NCBI GenBank assembly: GCA_043762555.1
Contig: JAYUMO010000088.1
Location: 1-30,960 of the forward strand
DNA length: 30,960 bases
Source of the DNA: Gemmatimonadaceae bacterium
GTDB lineage: Bacteria; Gemmatimonadota; Gemmatimonadetes; Gemmatimonadales; Gemmatimonadaceae
Direction: 5' to 3'
Below, in pieces: positions 17,125 to 29,300 of this stretch (its first letter is position 1; the number at the start of each line of letters is the position of its first letter). A program made the translations under genes and the position numbers. The notes beneath the pieces were generated by a model, which was not told where the DNA came from, did not search any database, and saw only the letters and a program-made list of their open reading frames with translations.

Positions 17125-19491
17125 ATGACACCCCGTCAGTTCGCCACAATCTTGGCGCTGCTCGCCTCCACGTCCGCCGCCGCTCCACAGAGTGCGGACT
17201 CGTTTCCGCTCACGGTGCCGAGCATCATGAGAGGGCCCGAGGTAGTGGGGCGGGCGCCCGAGCGCGTACGATGGACCGCCGACGGGAAGTGGATCTATTT
17301 CTGGTGGGTGGAGCCGGGCACCGATTGGCGCGAGCCGCTGCACCCATATCGCGTGCGGCCCGAGGCCGGCGCCAAGCCTGACCGGGTGACGCTCGTCCAC
17401 ATGGACAGCGCCGGGCCGCTCCTCGCGAGCGGAGAACGCTCTCCGGACCGGAAGTGGCGCGCGGTCGAGTCGAATGGCGACATCTACCTCGTGCAGCAGC
17501 AGAGCTTTCGCGTGCGGCGGCTCACCGCGACGCTCGAGCGCGAGAGCGATCCGCATTTCGACGTGAGCGGAAAACTGGTGTTCTTCGTGCGCGACGGGAA
17601 CGCGTATTCGATCGACCTCGTGGACGGTACCGAGCGCCAGCTCACCGACATCCGCACCGGCCCCGAGCCGAAGGACAAGGATGCTGATTCGGCGAAGACG
17701 CCTCAGCGCGCCGCCCTCGAGGATCAACAGAAAACGCTCCTCCAAGTGGTGCGCGACAAACTGCTCGCCGACTCCCTGACGAAGGCCGACAAGAAAACGC
17801 GCGAGTCGCTCTGGCCCAAGACGCTCTGGCTCGGCAAGGATGAGACCGTCGCGTCGATCTCGGTGTCGCCGAGCGGCCGCGTCGCGATCGTCACCACGAC
17901 GATCCCGGCGGGCGACAAGGCGAAGAACACGAACGTCCCGATGTACGTCACCAAGAGCGGCTATACGGAGGAGATCCACTCCCGCGAGAAAGTGGGCGAC
18001 GTGCAGGACGGCGGTCGCGTGGCGTTCATGGCGCTCCCCTCGGGGAACGCGAAGTGGCTGCACGTGATCCCGGACGACACGGTGAAGACGCCCGCCCTCG
18101 TGAACGTGGTGGAGTGGAACGACGCCGGCACGCAGGCGCTCGTGGTCGCCGTCCCCTTCGATTGGCACGCGCGCTGGATCGAGACGATCGGCGCCGACTC
18201 CGGCACGCTCACCACGGTGGACGTGCTGCGCGACACGACGTGGGTGGATGGCCCCGCGTTCGGCGAGGCGGGCTGGGTGGACGGCGGGAAGGCGATCTGG
18301 TTCGTCTCCGAGGCCGATGGCTGGGCGCACCTCTATTCCGTGGCCTCAACAGCCGACGGGAGCGATCGTCGCCAAACTCAGCTCACGAGCGGCAAGTGGG
18401 AGGTGCTCGACGTTGAGCTCTCCGATGACCGGCGGTCGTTCTATTTAACGACGAGCGAGAAGTCGCTCTTCGAGCATCATCTCTATCGCATGGCCGCCGC
18501 CGACGGGAAGGGCGGGCCGCGCGAACGGATCACGACGCTCGTCGGCTCCCACGATGCCACGATCTCACCCGACGGCCGCTCGGTGGCCGACGTCTACTCC
18601 TTCGCGAACCGCCCGCCGGAGCTCTTCGTAATGCGATCCGCCGCCGGGGCACCGGAGACTCAGCTCACCCTATCGCCCACCGCGCAGTGGCGCTCGCATC
18701 CGTGGCTGGTGCCGGAGATCGTCTGGATCACCGCGAGCGACGGCGTCAAGGTGCCGGCGCGTATCTACCGTCCGCAACAGATGAAGGCGACCCCGAACGG
18801 CGCGGCGGTGATCTTCGCGCACGGCGCCGGCTATCTGCACAACGTGCACAATTGGTGGTCCAACTACTATCGCGAGTACATGTTCAACCAGCTGCTCGCG
18901 AGCAAGGGCTACGTGGTGCTCGACGTCGACTATCGCGGCAGCGCCGGCTACGGCCGCGATTGGCGCGTGGCGATCTGGCACCACATGGGCGGACGCGATC
19001 TGCAGGACGAAGTGGACGCGTCGCGCTACCTGCAGAAGGAATTCGGGATCGATCCCGAGCGCATCGGGATGTACGGCGGCAGCTACGGCGGGTTCATGAC
19101 GTTGATGGCGCTCTTTACCGCGCCGAAACAGTTCGGCGCCGGCGCCGCGCTCCGCTCGGTCACCGACTGGGCGCACTACAACCACTGGTACACCTCGCGC
19201 ATCCTCGGCCTCCCGGAAGTCGACTCGGTGGCCTACCGCATCTCGTCGCCGATCTACTTTACCGAAGGGCTCGAGGATCCGCTGCTCATCGAGCACGGCA
19301 TGGGGGACACCAACGTTCATTTCCAGGACGTGGTGCGGATGACGCAGCGGCTGATCGAGGAGGGGAAGACGGGGTGGGAGCTCGCGGTCTATCCGGTGGA
19401 GGACCATGGGTTCGTGCGGCCAACGTCGTGGACGGATGAGTATGCCCGGATCTTGGCGCTCTTCGAGCGGACGATCGGGAGGCCGCGATGA
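17125..19491 (+). CDS. Secreted S9 family (dipeptidyl peptidase IV/prolyl oligopeptidase-like) serine peptidase
   Basis: ATG at 17125 with a signal peptide, a beta-propeller region, then a catalytic domain with GMYGGSYGG (Ser), HGMGDTNV (Asp) and EDHGF (His). Confidence 0.93.
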   Translation: MTPRQFATILALLASTSAAAPQSADSFPLTVPSIMRGPEVVGRAPERVRWTADGKWIYFWWVEPGTDWREPLHPYRVRPEAGAKPDRVTLVHMDSAGPLLASGERSPDRKWRAVESNGDIYLVQQQSFRVRRLTATLERESDPHFDVSGKLVFFVRDGNAYSIDLVDGTERQLTDIRTGPEPKDKDADSAKTPQRAALEDQQKTLLQVVRDKLLADSLTKADKKTRESLWPKTLWLGKDETVASISVSPSGRVAIVTTTIPAGDKAKNTNVPMYVTKSGYTEEIHSREKVGDVQDGGRVAFMALPSGNAKWLHVIPDDTVKTPALVNVVEWNDAGTQALVVAVPFDWHARWIETIGADSGTLTTVDVLRDTTWVDGPAFGEAGWVDGGKAIWFVSEADGWAHLYSVASTADGSDRRQTQLTSGKWEVLDVELSDDRRSFYLTTSEKSLFEHHLYRMAAADGKGGPRERITTLVGSHDATISPDGRSVADVYSFANRPPELFVMRSAAGAPETQLTLSPTAQWRSHPWLVPEIVWITASDGVKVPARIYRPQQMKATPNGAAVIFAHGAGYLHNVHNWWSNYYREYMFNQLLASKGYVVLDVDYRGSAGYGRDWRVAIWHHMGGRDLQDEVDASRYLQKEFGIDPERIGMYGGSYGGFMTLMALFTAPKQFGAGAALRSVTDWAHYNHWYTSRILGLPEVDSVAYRISSPIYFTEGLEDPLLIEHGMGDTNVHFQDVVRMTQRLIEEGKTGWELAVYPVEDHGFVRPTSWTDEYARILALFERTIGRPR

Positions 19492-19718
19492 ACGCGGGTA
19501 CTCGGCGCTCGGCACTCGGCACTCGGCGCGCCGCCGTGCGGCGCGCCCTCGCCCGCGCGGCGCGCGTGGCTCGGGCGGTGATCGGAGTGCCCGACTACGA
19601 GCGCTACCTCGAGCATCGGCGGTCGCGACATCCCGATGAGCCGCTCCTGTCGCAGGAGCAATTCGCGCGCGAGGGCGAACGCGCGCGCTACGAGCGGCCG
19701 GGGGCGCGCTGCTGCTGA
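19488..19718 (+). CDS. YbdD/YjiX family (DUF466) CstA-associated small protein
   Basis: GVPDYERYLEHRRSRHPDEPLLSQEQF...RY...RCC-stop. ATGA overlap with the peptidase stop. Confidence 0.88.
   Translation: MNAGTRRSALGTRRAAVRRALARAARVARAVIGVPDYERYLEHRRSRHPDEPLLSQEQFAREGERARYERPGARCC
19501..19528. repeat. Tandem heptamer repeat CTCGGC[A/G] x4 inside the 5' end of the ybdD-like gene
   Basis: ctcggcg-ctcggca-ctcggca-ctcggcg. Confidence 0.8.
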
Positions 19719-20923
19719 GCTGAGCCGGGAGCGACGAAGAAGATCCCCACCGCGGCGAGGGCGGCCAGCGCGGCGCCGAAGGCGAAGGCGGACGGGGCGC
19801 CCGCCCGGTCCCAGATGGCGCCGAAGAGCAGCGACGCGGGGAGGGCGCCGAGTCCGAGCGCGAGGTTGTACCAGCCGAAGGCGGCACCGCGACGGGCGGC
19901 CGGCACGAGATCGGCCACCAGCGCCTTCTCCACGCCCTCGGTGAGACCGAAGTACACGCCGTACACCGCGAACAAGGCCCACGCCTGCCACGCGGCTGTC
20001 GCGCGACCGAACATCAGATAGACGGCGGCATAGAGCACCCAGCCGGCGACGATGAGCGGCTTGCGTCCCACGCGATCGGAGAGCGCGCCGCCGGGGGTGC
20101 TCGACGCCGATTTCACCACGTGCAGCATCGCCCAGAGAATCGGTATCCATTCCTTCTCTACGCCAAGATCCAGGGCGCGCAGGAGCAGGAACGCGTCGGT
20201 GGAATTCCCCAGCGTGAAGAGCAGCACCACGCCCAGGAACGCCCAGAAGCGCGCGCCGAGTCCGCGCTCGAGAGGCAGCGGCGCCGCCGGCGCACTTTGG
20301 CGCGGCGTCTCGCGCACCGCGGCGACGAGCACCACCAGCGCGATCAACGCCGGGATCGCGGCGAAGAGGAAGACGCGGCGCAGCGGTACCCCCTCCCAGC
20401 GCAGTACCGCGAACGCGATCAAGGGCCCCACCACGGCGCCCGCATGATCGGCGGCACGGTGGAAGCCGAAGGCGCGTCCGCGCACCGCCGGATCCACCGA
20501 GTCCGCGATGAGCGCATCGCGCGGCGACGTGCGGATCCCCTTGCCCACGCGGTCGGCGACGCGGATCGTCGCCACCTGCGCCACGCTCTGCGCGAGCCCG
20601 ATCAACGGCCGCACCAGCCCAGCGAGCGCGTAGCCGGCGATGACGAGCGGCTTTCGGCGCCTCACCCGGTCCGAGAGCCAGCCGCTCGCCAGCTTCAGCA
20701 GCGCCGCCGTCGATTCCGCCGCGCCTTCCACGACGCCCACCGCGCTCGCGGTCGCGCCGAGCACGGTGGTGAGGAAGACGGGGATCAGCGGGTAGATCAT
20801 CTCGCTCGAGACGTCGGTGAAGAAGCTCACCGCCGAGAGCGCGATCACGTTGCGGCCGAGCCCGCGCGGCGCTTGAGCCGGCGCGTCTCGAGGCGGAGCT
20901 ACTTCGAGATCGCCACGCCCCAC
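19688..20923 (-). CDS. MFS transporter
   Basis: LGRNVIALSAVSFFTDVSSEMIYPL, GWLSDRVRRRK, GKGIRTSPRDALIAD, RGRAFGFHRAADHAGAVVGP, GALSDRVGRK. The start is uncertain: GTG at 20923 (GGGGAG upstream) or GTG at 20848. Confidence 0.88.
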   Translation of the reverse strand: MGRGDLEVAPPRDAPAQAPRGLGRNVIALSAVSFFTDVSSEMIYPLIPVFLTTVLGATASAVGVVEGAAESTAALLKLASGWLSDRVRRRKPLVIAGYALAGLVRPLIGLAQSVAQVATIRVADRVGKGIRTSPRDALIADSVDPAVRGRAFGFHRAADHAGAVVGPLIAFAVLRWEGVPLRRVFLFAAIPALIALVVLVAAVRETPRQSAPAAPLPLERGLGARFWAFLGVVLLFTLGNSTDAFLLLRALDLGVEKEWIPILWAMLHVVKSASSTPGGALSDRVGRKPLIVAGWVLYAAVYLMFGRATAAWQAWALFAVYGVYFGLTEGVEKALVADLVPAARRGAAFGWYNLALGLGALPASLLFGAIWDRAGAPSAFAFGAALAALAAVGIFFVAPGSAQQQRAPGRS

Positions 20924-21999
20924 GGCATGCTCCCCGCCGGAATGTGCCGGATCACGGTGAAACTCTCGGCATTCACCACCGTCACATCGTGCGACGGGCC
21001 ATTGGCCGTGTAGATCCGCTTCCCATCCGCGGTCACGCCGACCCCCCAAGGCCGCTTTCCGACCGCCACCGACGCGATCACCGTGTCCCCTTTGGTGTCG
21101 ATCGCGATGAGCGTACCGCCGCGCCCCGTGGTGATGTATACGCGCGCGCCATCGGGCGACATCGCCGATCCCATCGGCCTCACGTTCAAATTCTCGCCCG
21201 CGAGCGCGATCGTCTTCCTCACCTTGTGGCGCTTCGCGTCCACCACCGAGACGCTCCCGCCCACCTCGTTCGTGACGTACGCCTTCGCGCCGTCGGGGGT
21301 GAAGGCCACCGAGCGCGGCCGTTTGCCCACCGGGATCGTCGCGATCACGCGACGCGTGTCGGTGGCGATCACGGCGACGGTGCCCGTGCCCTCGCTCGTC
21401 ACGTACACCACCGCGCCGTCGGGGCGCAGCGTCACGCCCTCCGGCTCGCTCCCCACCGGGATCGTGGCCACCGCGGTGCCGCTCACGACGTCGAGCACGG
21501 TGACCGCGCTCGCATCCTCATTCGACACGTAGACCGTCTTGCCATCGGCGCTCACGTCGAAACTCTCGGGATCGACGCCGCCGGGGAGCGTGCGCTTGAG
21601 CGCGCGCCGCGCGAGATCCACCAACGCGATCCCGTCGCGCGAGCGATCGGCCGGCGGCAGCGACCGCTCGTCCACGCCGGGCCCCGCCTTGGGCGAGCCG
21701 CTCACCGCGACGATGAGCGTGCTCCCGTCGGGACTCACCCGCACGCCGCGCGGCCGTCGGCCGGGCAGCACGGAGGCCACCACCGACTCCGCGCGCGTGT
21801 CGATCACCGCTACCGAGTTGCCGTCCTCGCTCGAGACGTACGCGTACGGTCCGCCGCCGAGCAGCGAGGGGCCGGAATGCGCGGCGCCGGTGGCGCTGTC
21901 CTCGGCGGAGTTTTCGCCGCCGCTGCCATTGCGGCCGCACGCCGCGCCCAATGTGGAGGCGAACGCAAGGGCGAGCGGGAACGCACGCGAGCGCGTCAT
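20899..21999 (-). CDS. YVTN-type beta-propeller repeat lipoprotein
   Basis: Lipobox-like LGAA|C. Repeats of the form AYV(S/T)NE...SVxVID...IPVGxxPxG(V)xx(S/T)PDG. ATGA overlap with the DUF885 gene. Confidence 0.85.
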   Translation of the reverse strand: MTRSRAFPLALAFASTLGAACGRNGSGGENSAEDSATGAAHSGPSLLGGGPYAYVSSEDGNSVAVIDTRAESVVASVLPGRRPRGVRVSPDGSTLIVAVSGSPKAGPGVDERSLPPADRSRDGIALVDLARRALKRTLPGGVDPESFDVSADGKTVYVSNEDASAVTVLDVVSGTAVATIPVGSEPEGVTLRPDGAVVYVTSEGTGTVAVIATDTRRVIATIPVGKRPRSVAFTPDGAKAYVTNEVGGSVSVVDAKRHKVRKTIALAGENLNVRPMGSAMSPDGARVYITTGRGGTLIAIDTKGDTVIASVAVGKRPWGVGVTADGKRIYTANGPSHDVTVVNAESFTVIRHIPAGSMPWGVAISK

Positions 22000-23590
22000 G
22001 CGGCCGAGAGTCCCATCCCCCAGCGCGCGAGCGCCGTGGGATACGAGCCATAGCGGAGCAGCTCCTCGTGGAAGCCGCGCAGCGAGAACGCGGCGCCGCG
22101 CACGCGTCGTGCATCGTCACGGAGGCGGAGGATCTCGCGCCGCCCCACCGCGTAGCAGAGTTGGTACGTCGGGTACGCGCAGTAGCGCTTCGCCTCGGCA
22201 TCCGCGAGCCCCGGCTCGAAGCCGGCCTCCTCCTGCAGCATCCGCGACGCTTCTTGCCAGGTCATGCCGCGCGTATGCAGCGAGATGTCGAGGAGGATGC
22301 GCAGCGCGCGCCAGAGCAGGTGGTGCGCCTGGAAGAAGCGCTGCGCCGGCTCGAGGAACCCTTCGTCGGCCATCAGCGTTTCGCAATACAGCGCCCAGCC
22401 TTCGCGCGTCGCGGGCGTGGCGAGCACGCGGCGCGCGCGGCGCTTCAATCCGTTGGCGGTGACGATGTGCAGGTGGTGGCCGGGAAAGCCCTCGTGCACC
22501 GCGGTGTTCGGCAGCTCGGCGCGGCAGTCGGAGCGCCACGGCTCGCCCTTGGGCGGCAGCGTGACGAAGAAGCTGCCGCGCTGATCGTCGTCGAAGGCGC
22601 CGGGGCCTTGATACGCGGCGTACGGCACGAGCGGCCGGAGGAACTCCGGCGTTTCGATCACCGCGAGCTCGCCGGCGGGGACCGGCACCAGCCCGCGCGC
22701 GACGGTGAACTCGCGCGCGCGGCGCATCGTGGTCTCGTATTCCGCGAGCGCTTGATCTCGCGAAGGCCGATCCTTCCGTAGCTCGGTCACCAGATCGCGC
22801 CACGAGCCGCCGGGCCGCAGCTCGCACGCGCGAAGCTCCAGCTCCGCGAGCGCTTCCGCGCGGAGGCGCTCGCCGTAGCGGTAGAGCTGGTCGGCGTCCT
22901 CCGCGAGCAGGTGCCACGTTCGCAGTTTCCGGTCGAACAACTCGCGGCCGAGCGCGAAGGTGGAGCCCGCCTTCTCCTGCATGATCACGAGCGCATCGCC
23001 GAAGGCGGTGAGGGCTTCCACCGCCTTCTCCCGCGCCTCGGAGACCGCGGCGGGATCGAGGCCGCCGCCGGCGAGCGTGGCGGCGTCCAGCGCCTGGCGC
23101 ACGAGCGTCAGCCCCCCAGGCACCATCGCGCGCGCCATCTCGACGAAGCCGGCGTCCGGGCGAGTGACCACCTTCACCGCGCGCTCCAGGAACCCCGGCA
23201 GCGCCTGCACGCGAGAGAGCAGGGCTCGCGCCCGGTGCGCCTTGCCGCGCGGCTCGCGCGCGAGCAACAGGTAGAGCCCGGTGAGCGCGTGCGACAGGTG
23301 CGATCCCGGATTCCGCTCGTAGGGGCGCTCGCTCTCGAGCACGAGCAGGTCGTGCCGCACCGCCTGCAACGCGGCCGTGCGGTCGATCTCATCTTCGAGT
23401 CCGTCGGGCTCCGCTTCCTCCAGCGCGTGTTCGTAGCTGCGCAGCGCGGCCACGTGCAGGCCCACCGATTCGGCGTCCCAGCGCGCGAACTCGCCGTCGC
23501 GCTCGTGCCGTCCGTGAAAGGTGGCCTCCACCGGGTTCATCGCCCAACGGAGGTCCAGATAGCCGTCCAGCATCTGCTCGAAGGTGCTCG

Positions 23591-23594
<4 letters not shown>
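21996..23594 (-). CDS. DUF885 family protein
   Basis: GTGA overlap at 23591-23594. AVHEGFPGHHLH, EGWALYCE, LRILLDISLH, YQLCYAVGRREILRLR, FHEELLRYGS. Confidence 0.88.
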
Positions 23595-24841
<1,247 letters not shown>

Positions 24842-24919
24842 GTCGTGGAGTGAGGGGATCAGGGCGGCGCGCGCACATGCGCCGCACTCACGCAAATGTA
24901 TCGCGGTTCACGACGACCG

Positions 24920-25906
24920 CTACTCCTCGCGCACCTCGGCGTGATCGCCGACGCTCACCGCGCCGCGCACTCGCGACAGCACCGCGCCGTCGCCGACCAT
25001 CGAATGGTGCAGCGTACAGTCGGTGAGCACCGCGCCGGCACCGATGATCGCGTCACGCACCGTCGAGCGTTCGAGCACGCTGCCGGCGCTCACCGAGACG
25101 TTCGGCCCCACCACCGCGTTGCGGAGCACGACGCCGTCTTCGAGATACACGGGGTCGATGAGCCGCGATCCCGCGGGGACCTCCGCCGGCCGGCGCGCGC
25201 GCCCCTTCTCCAGCATCACGCGATTGGTGTCGAGCAGCGTGTCGAGCTTGCCGGCGTCGTACCAGCCGGCCACGTCCACCACCTGCAGCTCCGCGCCGTG
25301 GTCGATCATGTACTGGAAGGCGTCGGTGAGGTAGTACTCGCCGTTGGTGGCGGGCCGGCGCATCACTTCGGCGATCCCCTCGTAGAGCAGCTTCCAGTTC
25401 TTGACGTAGTACAGCCCGATGTTCGCCCGCTTCGATATCGGCGTGCTCGGTTTCTCGATGATCCGGGTCATGTGGCCGGCGTCGTCGGTGACGACGACGC
25501 CGAACCGCTGATAGTCCTCCACTTCCTTCGTCCAGATGATCCCCTCGGCATCGCAGCGCCGGATGATAGAGAGGTCGGCGTCGAAGATCGTGTCCACGAA
25601 GATGATGAGCACCGGCTGGTCCACGTACGGCCGCGCCAGCGCCACGGCGCTCGCCGTCCCGTTCTGCACCACCTGCTCCACGAATTCGCTCGGGAAGCGC
25701 GCGCCGGCGCGCACGTACTGCTCCACCGTCTCCTTGAGGTGGCCGGTGATGTAGACCACCTGTTCCACGCCGCCGAGCGCCGCGAGATCGTCCAGGATGT
25801 ATTCCATCACCGGCTTCCCGGCCACGCGCAGCATCGGCTTCGGGGTCACGTGCGTGTGCGGGCGGAGACGGGTCCCCTTCCCCGCGAGCGGAATGATCAC
25901 CTTCAC
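24920..25906 (-). CDS. Sugar-phosphate nucleotidyltransferase with C-terminal left-handed beta-helix
   Basis: GTGA overlap at 25903-25906. VKVIIPLAGKGTRLRPHTHVTPKPML, QNGTASAV, FGVV, IIEKP, NIGLYY, EYYLTDAF, WYDAG, then hexapeptide-like repeats. Confidence 0.9.
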   Translation of the reverse strand: MKVIIPLAGKGTRLRPHTHVTPKPMLRVAGKPVMEYILDDLAALGGVEQVVYITGHLKETVEQYVRAGARFPSEFVEQVVQNGTASAVALARPYVDQPVLIIFVDTIFDADLSIIRRCDAEGIIWTKEVEDYQRFGVVVTDDAGHMTRIIEKPSTPISKRANIGLYYVKNWKLLYEGIAEVMRRPATNGEYYLTDAFQYMIDHGAELQVVDVAGWYDAGKLDTLLDTNRVMLEKGRARRPAEVPAGSRLIDPVYLEDGVVLRNAVVGPNVSVSAGSVLERSTVRDAIIGAGAVLTDCTLHHSMVGDGAVLSRVRGAVSVGDHAEVREE

Positions 25907-26274
25907 GGCGCGCTCGTGCCCTCGCGTCCGTAGCGATCCTTGAGGCGTATCACGTCGTCGAGCTCGGCGGTGCTCGCTTCGAGTACGTCGCAGTCGGTGA
26001 CCGCTTCCATGTAGTGGATGGTGCCCGGCGTGATGCGGAAGGCGTCCCCTTCGCGCAGCTGCATGTCGCGCATCTCCTCGCCCGTTTTCACCCAATACTT
26101 GAGGGTGCCGCTGAGGAGATAGACCGTCTCGTCCTTGCGCTCGTGATACTGCACCGAGAGCGCCTGCCCCGCGGTGATGTGCAGGATCTTGCCGACGTAG
26201 CGGTCGGTGCGGGCCCAGATGATCTCGTAGCCCCACGGCTTGGGAACGCGCGTGACTTCGGCCGGTCCGCTCAA
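25903..26274 (-). CDS. Cupin domain protein (mannose-6-phosphate isomerase type II-like cupin)
   Basis: VPKPWGYE, LSVQYHERKDETVY, GDAFRITPGTIH, VLEAST. TTG start. Confidence 0.85.
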   Translation of the reverse strand: MSGPAEVTRVPKPWGYEIIWARTDRYVGKILHITAGQALSVQYHERKDETVYLLSGTLKYWVKTGEEMRDMQLREGDAFRITPGTIHYMEAVTDCDVLEASTAELDDVIRLKDRYGREGTSAP

Positions 26275-26371
26275 GTGCGCTGCTCCGGAGAGGCGTGGCG
26301 CCGCGCGCCCCGTACGCGCGGCCTCTCACGATACCGCAAACCGCGGCCGTGGGGCAGGGCTTTCGGCTCGA

Positions 26372-29300
26372 TCACCAGAGATCGCCCACGGTGAAGGTCC
26401 AGCGCAGCTTCACGGGCTCCGCGCTCGCCGCCGAGCCGGGCGCGAGCGACGGCTCGTTCATCCAGACGGGCAGGTCGATGCGCAGCACATAGGCGCGGTC
26501 GTAGAGCGCGCCGTGCAGGATGGCGCTCGCCCCCGCGTCGCCGAACCACTGCGCGGGATTCGGCAGCGCGCCGGCGAGCGACGCATAGGCGCCGTCGGCG
26601 AAGAGCGCCGCCTGCACGCGCGGCAGCAGCGACGCTGCGCGCGGCGCGTTCACCGTCCAGGTCAGCTGCGTGTTCACCGCGCCGACGCTCTGCACGCGAG
26701 TGTAGAGGGAATAGCCGCGCAGCCCCGCGCCGCCGAGCGGCACGTAGTGCACGTCGGGGAGGACGAGGATCGCATCGCTGCCGCGGAGGAAGTTGTTCTC
26801 GAAGGTCTGCGTGGCATCGAGCGACGAGAGGCCGATCGACCGCTGCGCCGGTGCGGTGCTGGACACCCCGCCAAAACCACGGAGCATGAGCGCCAGCCGG
26901 CCCTGCGCCGCGAGCGGGAGCGTGGTCCCTCCTTCGAGCTCCGCGCGTCCGAAATTCCCCTCGAGCGCGACGCCGGTGCGCGGGAAGATCAGCCCACCGT
27001 CCAAGAAGAAGCGCGCGAACGCTTGAGCGGGGCCACGCGAGCGCCATTTCCATTCGATGCTCACATCCCCCACGGTCGCGTTGTTCCAGCGCGCCGTGTC
27101 CTGCCAGCTGCGGTCGTAGGGCGCCGTCACGTTCAGCGCGAAGGTGATCGTGTCGCGCGGTCCGTTCGCGAAGCGGAATGGACTCTCATCCCACGTCCGG
27201 CGAAGCTCGAAACGGAAGGTGCCGTCCACCATCCACGCGCCGGTGCGGAGCCCGATCACGGGGCGCGCCGCGCCGGCGAGGCGCGGGTTCTCCACGGCGA
27301 GCCAGCCCTGCAGCTGCGGCAGCGTGCTCGACGTCGGCCCACGCACCGCCACTACGAGACCGCCGTCCCAGAGGTCTACGAGGTTTTGGTAGTTGGAGCG
27401 CACGCGCGCGCCGACGGTGAGGCCGCCGGGGCCGGTGTACCAGAGCCGCGGCTCGATCGCCGCCACATTGCGGTAGCGATCCCACTGATCGAGGAAGGGC
27501 CACCCGAACACGATGCGCGTGGTCTCTGGCTCGTTGTCATTTCGTGCATCCCAATCGGGAGTCAGGTGCCGTGGATCGAGCTCATAGGGGCCGGGACGGG
27601 AGGGGAGCACGATCGTATCGCGCATCACTGCCAGCCCGGCGGTCGTGCCCGCCAACTCGACGTCCGCGTAGCCCATCCGGATCGGCTCAGGGTGTCGGTA
27701 CTCGCCCAGCTTTCGCACGGTCGCGATGGTCCTCGAGCCGGCAGCGATCGAGTCGATGGTGACGGTCGCCGCGTAGTCCACCAGCCCGGTGTGATGCACC
27801 CACTCATCGAAGAACCACGCGAGATCGTTCCCCGACACGCGTTCCGCGCTCGCGCGCATCGCGCGCTCGTCCACGTGCCTCATCCGCCACCGCGCATAGT
27901 AGTCCTTTAGAAACGCGCGGAAGAGCGAGTCGCCGAGCACGTCGCGCAGCGCGCCGTACATCATCTCGGCGCGATCGTACACCATCGTGTTGTAGACCGT
28001 GAACTCGTTGAAGTCCTGCCCCGCGGTGCCGATCGGCTCGGCGCGGCCGGTGAGGTCGAGCGCGAAGAGATCGATCTCGTCCTGCTGCCAGGGAGGCGGC
28101 CGGAGCGCGCGCCCGCGATAGCCGGCGGGGGGCGGCGGATCGCTCGGACCGAGCCCGCGCGCGCGCTCGGGCGCGGTCGCGTTCAGCGCCCAGTGCGCCT
28201 GATACGACGTGAGTCCCTCGTCCATCCACGCGCTCCGCCACTCGTTGTTCGCGAGGATGCCGTAGCTGTAAATGTGCCCCACCTCGTGCAGCACGAGATC
28301 GTAGTGCATGAATGTGCTGCCGTAGAGCACCATCATCGGGAATTCCGTGGAGCCCGCGTCGAGGCGCAGCGCCGCCATCACCTGCGGATACGGATAGCGC
28401 CCGTAGATCGACTCCAGCCACGCCAGCGCCCGCTTCTGCTTCTCCACGATCGCGCCCTTGGCCCACGCGCTCTCGCCGCGCTGTTCGTACAGCACGTGCA
28501 CCGCCACCGTGTCGCGGTACAGTCCGCCCTCGTAGCGGTAGTCGGGGCTCGCCGTCCACGCGAAATGATGGATGTCCCGCGCGTAGAAGCGCACCGCGCG
28601 CTCGCCGGCCGCGAGCGGCACCGCCGGCGCCGGTGGGAGCGCGCCGTACGCATCGCGCGGGATCGTCACCACGCCCCAGCGCTTGACGCGCTCCCACCCC
28701 GGGTCCCCTCCCACCGGCACGCCCGTGGCGCCGAGCACTTGATCGGTCGCGACGATGAGCGTGACGTCGAAGGTGCCGAACTCACCGTACAGCTCGCCGG
28801 CGGCCACGAGCGGATTCGGCTCCCAGCCGAGCCGGTCGTACACCGCTACCTTCGGGTACCACTGCGCGAAGTCGTAGTGACGGCCGCGCCTACCCTGCCG
28901 GCGATAGACGGTGGCCGATGGACGCGCGTCCCAGGCGAAGTGCACGCTCACCGAGTCTCCCGGCGCGAGCGGCCTCGGCAGTAGAAAGCGCGCGACGGTC
29001 GAATCGGGCGCGTACGGATAGCTCGGCGCCACCGGCGTGCCGTCGAAGGCCGGCAGGGCGGTGAAGCGCTCGAAGGCGGTGTTCGAATCCGCGAGATGCT
29101 GGAAGCGCACCCGCCCTTCCCGCTCGTCGGCCGCGCTCCAGCGCGAGCCGGGGCGGTACGCGTTCAGGTACTGGTGCACGTACATCTCGCGCAGCGTGTC
29201 CGGCGAGTGATTCACATAGCGGAGATCGCCGGCGGCGTGCGCCGTCTGCGCCTTCTCGTCCAGCCGGGCGACGATCCGGTAGTCCGCCCGCTGCTGCCAA

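Noticed and set aside
19710-19760. Selenocysteine read-through at the ybdD TGA (the family includes selenoproteins)
   Set aside because: Both terminal residues are already Cys (TGC TGC TGA), so TGA reads as a normal stop. No convincing SECIS follows.
26289-26333. Hairpin between the M1-barrel gene and the cupin gene (gagagg...gccgcgcg/cgcgcggc...ctctc)
   Set aside because: It has no U-tract, and stems of this size are expected by chance at about 70% GC, so no function can be supported.
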